Shown here: positions 57,671 through 64,000 of the stretch, piece by piece
Layout of the letters: every line of letters begins with the position of its first letter
Numbering within the stretch: the first letter of the stretch is position 1
NCBI GenBank assembly: GCA_937944105.1
Contig: CALDZP010000007.1
Location: 69,423 to 133,422 of the forward strand
DNA length: 64,000 nt
Reading direction: 5' to 3'
Source: an uncultured Ignavibacteria bacterium
Lineage (GTDB): Bacteria > Bacteroidota > Ignavibacteria > Ch128b
Translations under genes and position numbers: made by a program
The notes under the pieces: generated by a model
Database searches by the model: none
What the model was told of the DNA's origin: nothing
What the model saw: the letters and a program-made list of their open reading frames with translations, nothing else

Positions 57671-59350
57671 CTACTTAGTTGATTTTGAAGCAATCTTAGC
57701 CCATGTATCTTTCAAAGTTACAGTTCTATTAAAAACCAATTTTTCACCATTCGAATATTTAGGATCAACACAAAAGTAACCTAACCTTTCAAACTGAAAT
57801 TTATCTAACGGTTTTGCCCCTTTAAGGAATGGTTCAAGTTTAGCATTAGAAACTATCATGAGAGAATTCGGATTTATGTATTCCAACCAATTATCTAATT
57901 CACCTGGATTTTCAACATTAAATAATCTATCGTACAGACGAACTTCGGCATCAAAACAGTGTTTTGCAGAAACCCAGTGAATAACTCCTTTCACCTTCTT
58001 ATTACTTGTATCCATTCCACTCTTTGTTTGAGGATCATATGTACAACGAAGTTCAATTATATTGCCCTGTTCATTTTTGATTACTTCTTCACATTTAATT
58101 ATATAAGCATACCTTAATCTAACTTCGCCACCAGGCATTAAACGGTGATAACCTTTAGGTGGATTTTCTATAAAATCGGATGATTCAATATAAATCTCAT
58201 TTGAGAATGGAATTTTTCTTGTACCTGCATCAGGATTTTCTGGATTATTCAAAGCATCTAGAAATTCTTCTCCTTCATAATTTATAATTACGATCTTAAG
58301 AGGATTTAATACAGCCATAGCTCTTTGTGCTGTTTTATTTAAATCTTCTCTAATAGCATATTCAAGTAAACTTACATCAGTTAATGCATCTCTTTTAGCA
58401 ACACCAATCATTTCAGTAAATTTCCAGATAGATTCTGGAGTATACCCTCTTCTTCGCAATCCAGATATAGTTGGCATCCTTGGATCATCCCAACCATCAA
58501 CAATACCCTTCTGAACAAGTTCAAGAAGTTTTCTTTTACTCATTACAGTATAACTTAAATTCAATCGAGCAAACTCAATCTGCTGAGGATGATAAATTCC
58601 AAGCTCATCAAGAAACCAATCATAAAGTGGTCTATGATTTTCAAACTCGAGAGTACAGATGGAATGAGTAATACCTTCAATCGAATCTTCTAAACCATGA
58701 GCCCAGTCATATGTTGGATAAATACACCACTTATTTCCTTGTCTATGGTGTGGGACATGTAAAATTCTGTACATTACTGGATCGCGCAAATTTAGATTTG
58801 GGGAAGCCATATCAATTTTTGCTCTCAAAGTCTTGGAGCCATTTGGAAATTCCCCTTTTCTCATTCTCTCAAATAATTCCAGATTTTCCTCAATAGTTCG
58901 ATTTCTATAAGGACTTTCTTTGCCAGGTTCAGTTAAAGTTCCGCGATATTCACGAATTTCATCCGGTGTTAAATCACATACATAGGCTTTACCTTTTTTG
59001 ATCAATTCAACTGCCCATTGATACATTTGCTCGAAATAATCCGAAGCAAAAAATAATCTATCTTCAAAATCAGCACCAAGCCACTTGACATCTTCTATTA
59101 TTGAATCAACATACTCTTGTTCCTCTTTACTTGGATTAGTATCATCAAACCTGAGATTAAATTTTCCATTATATTTTTTTGCGAGACCATAGTTCAAACA
59201 AATAGCTTTAGCATGCCCGATATGAAGATAACCATTAGGTTCAGGAGGGAAGCGCGTGTGAACACGACCATTGAATTTACCAGTTTTTAAATCTTCCTCA
59301 ATAATTTCTTCAATAAAATTTTTAGGTTTTGAATTTTCTTCTGTTTTCAT
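57671..59350 (-). CDS. glnS: glutamine--tRNA ligase
   Basis: [14 protein letters not shown] and VMSKR motifs, plus a C-terminal anticodon-binding beta-barrel typical of GlnRS. Length 559 aa. Confidence 0.9.
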   Translation of the reverse strand: MKTEENSKPKNFIEEIIEEDLKTGKFNGRVHTRFPPEPNGYLHIGHAKAICLNYGLAKKYNGKFNLRFDDTNPSKEEQEYVDSIIEDVKWLGADFEDRLFFASDYFEQMYQWAVELIKKGKAYVCDLTPDEIREYRGTLTEPGKESPYRNRTIEENLELFERMRKGEFPNGSKTLRAKIDMASPNLNLRDPVMYRILHVPHHRQGNKWCIYPTYDWAHGLEDSIEGITHSICTLEFENHRPLYDWFLDELGIYHPQQIEFARLNLSYTVMSKRKLLELVQKGIVDGWDDPRMPTISGLRRRGYTPESIWKFTEMIGVAKRDALTDVSLLEYAIREDLNKTAQRAMAVLNPLKIVIINYEGEEFLDALNNPENPDAGTRKIPFSNEIYIESSDFIENPPKGYHRLMPGGEVRLRYAYIIKCEEVIKNEQGNIIELRCTYDPQTKSGMDTSNKKVKGVIHWVSAKHCFDAEVRLYDRLFNVENPGELDNWLEYINPNSLMIVSNAKLEPFLKGAKPLDKFQFERLGYFCVDPKYSNGEKLVFNRTVTLKDTWAKIASKSTK

Positions 59351-59391
59351 TGGGATTGATAAGATTTAGTGAGTAATAAAAGGAAAGTTAG

Positions 59392-59478
59392 TACCGAAGG
59401 CCGGAGTCGAACCGGCACGGGGTTTTGAGCCCCACTGGATTTTGAGTCCAGCGCGTCTGCCAATTCCGCCACTTCGGC
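59392..59478 (-). tRNA. tRNA-Leu (anticodon CAA)
   Basis: Reverse complement reads GCCGAAGTGGCGGAATTGGCAGACGCGCTGGACTCAAAATCCAGTGGGGCTCAAAACCCCGTGCCGGTTCGACTCCGGCCTTCGGTA. It has a long variable arm (class II), anticodon loop CTCAAAA, and no encoded CCA. Confidence 0.88.
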
Positions 59479-59568
59479 AATGGCAATACAGAAATTAAAA
59501 GAGCATTAACTAGATACAAAATTAGATTAAAGTAAATGAATTTTCAACAAAATTAGATAAATGATTTT

Positions 59569-59930
<362 letters not shown>

Positions 59931-59965
59931 GAATAAATCGGGTTAATACAAATTTTTAAAGAACT

Positions 59966-60514
59966 TTATTTATGCCATTCAATTTCTTTATGTCCTGTAA
60001 AAAAATTTTCATATCGAGCAAGAATAAATAAAAAATCAGACAACCTATTGAAAAATTTAATGAAAATTTTATTTCCCTCTTCTCTAATTACAAATTTAAC
60101 AATTTTTCTCTCACATCTTCTACATACCGTTCGCGAATAATGCAAAAAACCAGCACTAATAGAACCACCAGGCAAAATAAAATTTTTTAATTCAGGTAAT
60201 TTTTCATCATAGTAATCGATTCTTTTCTCCAGAAATTCAACATCCTGCTCAGAAATATTTTTCAATGAATTCAATTTATCCCAATCTTCAGAGGGCGTTG
60301 CTAAAAATGCACCAATATTGAATAACTGATTCTGAATTCTTTTGAGATCATCTTTTACATCATTTGAATGAACAAAAGATAAAGTTAAACCAATAAGTGA
60401 ATTTAATTCATCAATATCTCCATAAGTGTCAACGCGCTCATTATCTTTCAAGACTCTCTTACCACCAAAGAGACCAGTTGTTCCGTCATCACCTGTTTTA
60501 GTATAAATTTTCAT
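59966..60514 (-). CDS. ATP:cob(I)alamin adenosyltransferase, PduO-type
   Basis: MKIYTKTGDDGTTGLFGG N-terminus. 182 aa helical-bundle family. Confidence 0.85.
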   Translation of the reverse strand: MKIYTKTGDDGTTGLFGGKRVLKDNERVDTYGDIDELNSLIGLTLSFVHSNDVKDDLKRIQNQLFNIGAFLATPSEDWDKLNSLKNISEQDVEFLEKRIDYYDEKLPELKNFILPGGSISAGFLHYSRTVCRRCERKIVKFVIREEGNKIFIKFFNRLSDFLFILARYENFFTGHKEIEWHK

Positions 60515-61596
60515 AGTTTTATCATTGGTAAATTAATTATTTCTAATTTAATTAACTCATCACTCTGTTTTACATAAAGAAAATCCAATTCATTTTTATA
60601 AAGCTTTTTATTATATATACCCAAACCTACAATTGATTTAAGACCTGGGGAATATGTTTTTGAAGTTAATTCACCAGCAATCGTTCCATCTTTTTTATAA
60701 ATAATTTTATCAAAGAAATCATAGTCTTTTTCTAGCTTAAAACCAGAAAAATTAAATTTAACTTTTTCATAAGTATCGAGCCTTGCAATTACTTCCTGAC
60801 CAATATAACATCCCTTAGTAAAACTGACATATTTAATTAAATTAACATCATATGGATTAAAAGAATCATTTAATTCATTTGGAAATAATGGTTCTCCTTG
60901 TTCTATTCGAATAATTTCATAAGCATTACAACCAATAAATTGACAATTGAAAATATTCAGATTTGAATTAATATAATATAATAATGACTCCGAATAAATT
61001 TCATCACAAAAAATTTCATAACCAACGTGGTCTGGAAAAATTTCATCTCTATAAATCCAGCATTGAAATTGATCGGAGATATATTTGTAAATCTTATAAT
61101 CTTCCATCTCTTTTAATTGATCTCCGAAAAGAAGAGTTACAAACACATCTTTCTTTTTTCCTAAAATTTTAAGATATAGATATGATCCATCTTTTACGCT
61201 AACTTTAATATCATCCATTACAGCATATCTTTCAATCCATCGATAGATTTTTTCTTTATTATCAGGGCTTCCAATCAAAATTAAATGATCAGGGAATTTC
61301 AATATTTTAATCTTATCTATAATTCGCCCTTTTTCATTTAACAGCAGTGTGATCCTTGATGAATAATCTAATTGATTTATCAGATCATTAGTAGAAATTC
61401 TGTGTAGAAAATCCAGGGCATCTTTCCCCGTTACATAGAAAAAACTAGAATGGGAAGCATCATAAACAGAAGCATACTCATAAAACGATTTATATTCTTT
61501 ATATAAATCAGAAAATTGCAAAATCCTTTTATTGTGATTTAAGTTCAATTCATTAAATAATTCTTTGTATACATCTATTCGCGATTTCATGGTCAT
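60511..61596 (-). CDS. YgfZ/GcvT-like folate-binding protein
   Basis: Aminomethyltransferase-like fold features (FYVTGKDALDFLHRISTNDL...). Length 361 aa. Confidence 0.6.
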   Translation of the reverse strand: MTMKSRIDVYKELFNELNLNHNKRILQFSDLYKEYKSFYEYASVYDASHSSFFYVTGKDALDFLHRISTNDLINQLDYSSRITLLLNEKGRIIDKIKILKFPDHLILIGSPDNKEKIYRWIERYAVMDDIKVSVKDGSYLYLKILGKKKDVFVTLLFGDQLKEMEDYKIYKYISDQFQCWIYRDEIFPDHVGYEIFCDEIYSESLLYYINSNLNIFNCQFIGCNAYEIIRIEQGEPLFPNELNDSFNPYDVNLIKYVSFTKGCYIGQEVIARLDTYEKVKFNFSGFKLEKDYDFFDKIIYKKDGTIAGELTSKTYSPGLKSIVGLGIYNKKLYKNELDFLYVKQSDELIKLEIINLPMIKL

Positions 61597-61603
61597 ATCG
61601 ATT

Positions 61604-62059
61604 CTAATGATAAGTTAGTTTGACATTTCTTTCGCTTGTTAATACAGGAGAACTGTGATGATAAAACAGTTTAATTCCTTTATTTGTTTCTTTAAATAAA
61701 TTTGTAGTAGCTATGAAAGTTTGAGAAATAGTATCTCGTGATGAGATAAAAATTTCTTCAATACAACTAACTATTCCCAGATCATTAAGGATAATAGTAT
61801 GAGGATTTCTAATTGTAAATTTAAGTACAGATTCTTCCATAAATATTTTTTTCCAACCATCTTCAACTTTTTCCCAACCTATAAGAATATCCCAACCAGG
61901 ATGAATACACACTACATCATCGGAATTTGACCAGATCTGGGACATAGTTTTTAGATCAAAATTTTCAAATGCTTTATAATAAGTTTTATTTACTTCAAGT
62001 AGAGCATCTCTTGTTATCATTTCACCTGACTGAATTCGTTCAAGAAATATGCTGAACAT
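61604..62059 (-). CDS. hypothetical NTF2/SnoaL-like domain protein
   Basis: About 140 aa with a W-rich alpha+beta cone-like pattern. The true start may be the internal Met at about 62020, which abuts the upstream stop. Confidence 0.45.
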   Translation of the reverse strand: MFSIFLERIQSGEMITRDALLEVNKTYYKAFENFDLKTMSQIWSNSDDVVCIHPGWDILIGWEKVEDGWKKIFMEESVLKFTIRNPHTIILNDLGIVSCIEEIFISSRDTISQTFIATTNLFKETNKGIKLFYHHSSPVLTSERNVKLTYH

Positions 62060-63390
62060 TGAATACCGCGATGGAAATTATTTAAATCAAAATGTTCATT
62101 TGGAGAATGCAGATTTTCGGTTGAAAGTCCAAAGCCCAAAAGAACAACTGGAGCTTTAAGAGTACGTCCAAAGTCAACAACAATTGGTATAGAACCTCCT
62201 TCTCTAATAAATACTGGTTCTTTACCAAATGCTTTTTTCATTGCAAGTGCTGCAGTTTTAATCGCTACATTATCAATTGGGGTTAAGGCTGGCTCACCAC
62301 CATGAAGTGTCTCTAATTTATAGGTAACAGATTTAGGAACTACCTTACTCAAATAGGCTTTTAATAATTTCTCAACTTTTTGTGGCGTTTGGTTAGGAAC
62401 AAGACGCATACTAATTTTTGCATAAGCTTTGGAGGGAATAACTGTTTTGGCTCCAACTCCGGTATAACCTCCCCAAATGCCATTTATTTCAAGAGTTGGA
62501 CGAGCCCATGTTCGTTCCAGAGTTGAGTAACCCTTTTCACCAAATAATTCTTTAACACCAAGTTCTTTCATATAAGCTTTTTCACTGAACTTAAGTTTTT
62601 TGAAGCCCTCTCTTTCTTTTTTAGTTAAAGGCAATACATCATCGTAAAATCCTGGAATCGTAATTTTTCCATTTTTATCTTTCATACCTGATAACAAATC
62701 ACACAAAGCCTGAATTGGATTCATCACTGCTCCACCAAAAGTTCCACTGTGAAGATCACGGTTCGGTCCAGTTATTTCAATTTGAAAATATGCAAGTCCT
62801 CTCAATGAATAAGTAATTGAGGGTGTTTTCTCATCATACATTGATGTATCGGAAATAACAACTACATCACATTTCAATAAATTTTTATTAGCCTTTATTA
62901 CTTTAGGAAGTGAAGGGCTTCCAATTTCTTCTTCCCCTTCAATAATAAACTTGACATTCATTGGTAAATCGACACCGGATTTTATAAATGCTTCAACACT
63001 TTTTAAATGTGTGTACAATTGTCCTTTATCATCGGTTGCGCCTCTAGCCCAGATTTTTCCATCTCTAATTTCTGGTTCAAAAGGTGGGGAAGTCCATAGT
63101 TCGATTGGATCAACTGGTTGAACGTCATAATGTCCATAAAACAAAACCGTAGGCTTTTTTGGATCTACATTTTTTTCTGCATACACAACTGGATGACCTT
63201 CATCAGGATTTAAAATCTTAATATTTTCAAAACCCATTTCAGAAAATTTTGACATTAGAAATTCAGCGGCTCTTAGCATTTCGGATTTCTTTTCTGGATC
63301 GGAACTTATACTTGGAATTCTTAAAAAATCTTTTAATTCTTCAATGTATTTTTCAAGATTTGAATTGATGTATTGAATAACATTTTCCAT
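62017..63390 (-). CDS. M20-family metallopeptidase (dipeptidase-like)
   Basis: Metal-ligand motifs HYDVQP, GATDDKGQ and IEGEEE with a dimerisation domain. Length 457 aa. Confidence 0.85.
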   Translation of the reverse strand: MENVIQYINSNLEKYIEELKDFLRIPSISSDPEKKSEMLRAAEFLMSKFSEMGFENIKILNPDEGHPVVYAEKNVDPKKPTVLFYGHYDVQPVDPIELWTSPPFEPEIRDGKIWARGATDDKGQLYTHLKSVEAFIKSGVDLPMNVKFIIEGEEEIGSPSLPKVIKANKNLLKCDVVVISDTSMYDEKTPSITYSLRGLAYFQIEITGPNRDLHSGTFGGAVMNPIQALCDLLSGMKDKNGKITIPGFYDDVLPLTKKEREGFKKLKFSEKAYMKELGVKELFGEKGYSTLERTWARPTLEINGIWGGYTGVGAKTVIPSKAYAKISMRLVPNQTPQKVEKLLKAYLSKVVPKSVTYKLETLHGGEPALTPIDNVAIKTAALAMKKAFGKEPVFIREGGSIPIVVDFGRTLKAPVVLLGFGLSTENLHSPNEHFDLNNFHRGIQCSAYFLNEFSQVK

Positions 63391-63400
63391 ATTAGACCTC

Positions 63401-64000
63401 TTAATTTAGTTTGTATTTAAATAATAAAGGAATAAAGTTTTTGAAATTTTCTCTATCATCTTCTTTCAATAGTCTTAATACTTCAACAGGTGGAATGTAA
63501 TATTTTTTCCAGGGATCATCAACAACATAAACATTATTTTCATTATCCAGTGTTAAGCTTTCGATAGCAGCAACATATTTCAAATTTCTATTATTTGGAA
63601 CAGGTAAATTGAGCTTTATGACATGAAAATATTCTATATCGTAATTGTTTTTAAATTTAATTTCAAAAAAGTTTTGTCGATTTCGATCTATACCGTAAAT
63701 CGTATAATCATCCACTGCATATAAACCCGTGATAGTGTGGATTCCAATTTTTTTGGTTGATAACATTTTAATTAATTTTTTAGAATCTTTATCAACTACA
63801 TATATCAAAGTAGAATCCACAAATAAATCACCAAATTGAAAACCTTCCAGACCGAGAAAAATTTTTGATTCGGATACAGCAAGACCCTCAAACCCAATAT
63901 TGTTTGAAGTATATTTTGATATTTTCTCCCAATCATTAAAATTAACTTTCTCAATATGTACAATTTCATCACTATATACATCATCATTCTTAAATTTTAT
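63401..64000 (-). CDS. hypothetical protein, partial (continues past window end)
   Basis: A single minus-strand frame is open from the window end to 63401 (...IKFKNDDVYSDEIVHIEKVNFNDWEKI...GFEGLAV...VDSTLIYVVDK...). The ORF track splits it at a GTG codon. The overlapping ORF 63805..63987 is spurious. Confidence 0.5.
   Translation of the reverse strand: MKFKNDDVYSDEIVHIEKVNFNDWEKISKYTSNNIGFEGLAVSESKIFLGLEGFQFGDLFVDSTLIYVVDKDSKKLIKMLSTKKIGIHTITGLYAVDDYTIYGIDRNRQNFFEIKFKNNYDIEYFHVIKLNLPVPNNRNLKYVAAIESLTLDNENNVYVVDDPWKKYYIPPVEVLRLLKEDDRENFKNFIPLLFKYKLN

Noticed and set aside
63805-63987. 60-aa ORF (MMMYIVMKLYIL...)
   Set aside because: The same region is spanned by a longer minus-strand frame that is open to the window edge and contiguous with ORF 63401..63820. 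This one is an out-of-frame artefact.

Overview
This is an AT-rich (roughly 30% GC by eye), gene-dense chromosomal segment that looks like it comes from a Bacteroidota/Ignavibacteriota-type (FCB-group) bacterium. The supporting clues are a T9SS C-terminal sorting domain on a GH18-like protein, a DUF5683-ParB-ParA locus, an 11-subunit complex I lacking NuoEFG, and ATG(A) start/stop overlaps with few Shine-Dalgarno sites. All calls below are motif recognition on the supplied six-frame translations; no database search was run.

Feature content:
- About 65 protein-coding genes, most on the minus strand and mostly housekeeping (ftsY, purF, nadB, accC plus a biotinyl carrier, mutS2, exbB-exbD-exbD, acpS, ggt, mlaD, ssb, parAB, cdaA, folP, nagA, rpe, gltX, glnS, an M20 peptidase).
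- A complete [NiFe]-hydrogenase maturation operon hypA-hypB-hypF-hypC-hypD-hypE (minus strand, 35.2-41.2 kb) with no hydrogenase structural genes anywhere in the window.
- A divergently oriented complex I operon nuoA-B-C-D-H-I-J-K-L-M-N (plus strand, 42.5-52.8 kb).
- RNA genes: tRNA-Pro(TGG), tRNA-Leu(CAA) and a one-piece tmRNA (ssrA) whose tag ends ...NDNYNYALAA.

The most unusual structure is a perfectly phased 21-bp tandem repeat array (about 9 good copies plus 2 decayed) inside the 1.3-kb AT-rich intergenic region between hypA and nuoA. Other second-look items:
- an orphan hyp operon beside an NuoEFG-less complex I;
- a folP with a ~120-residue N-terminal extension, coupled to cdaA;
- a GH18-like T9SS cargo protein with a degenerate catalytic motif;
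- an atypical biotin carboxylase / small biotinyl protein pair coupled to a zinc-ribbon membrane protein;
- a small-ORF / A-type Fe-S carrier / Tat-signal SOD operon;
- an 860-bp ORF-free AT-rich region.

I found no CRISPR array, no recognisable transposase or integrase, and no clear prophage or defence island.
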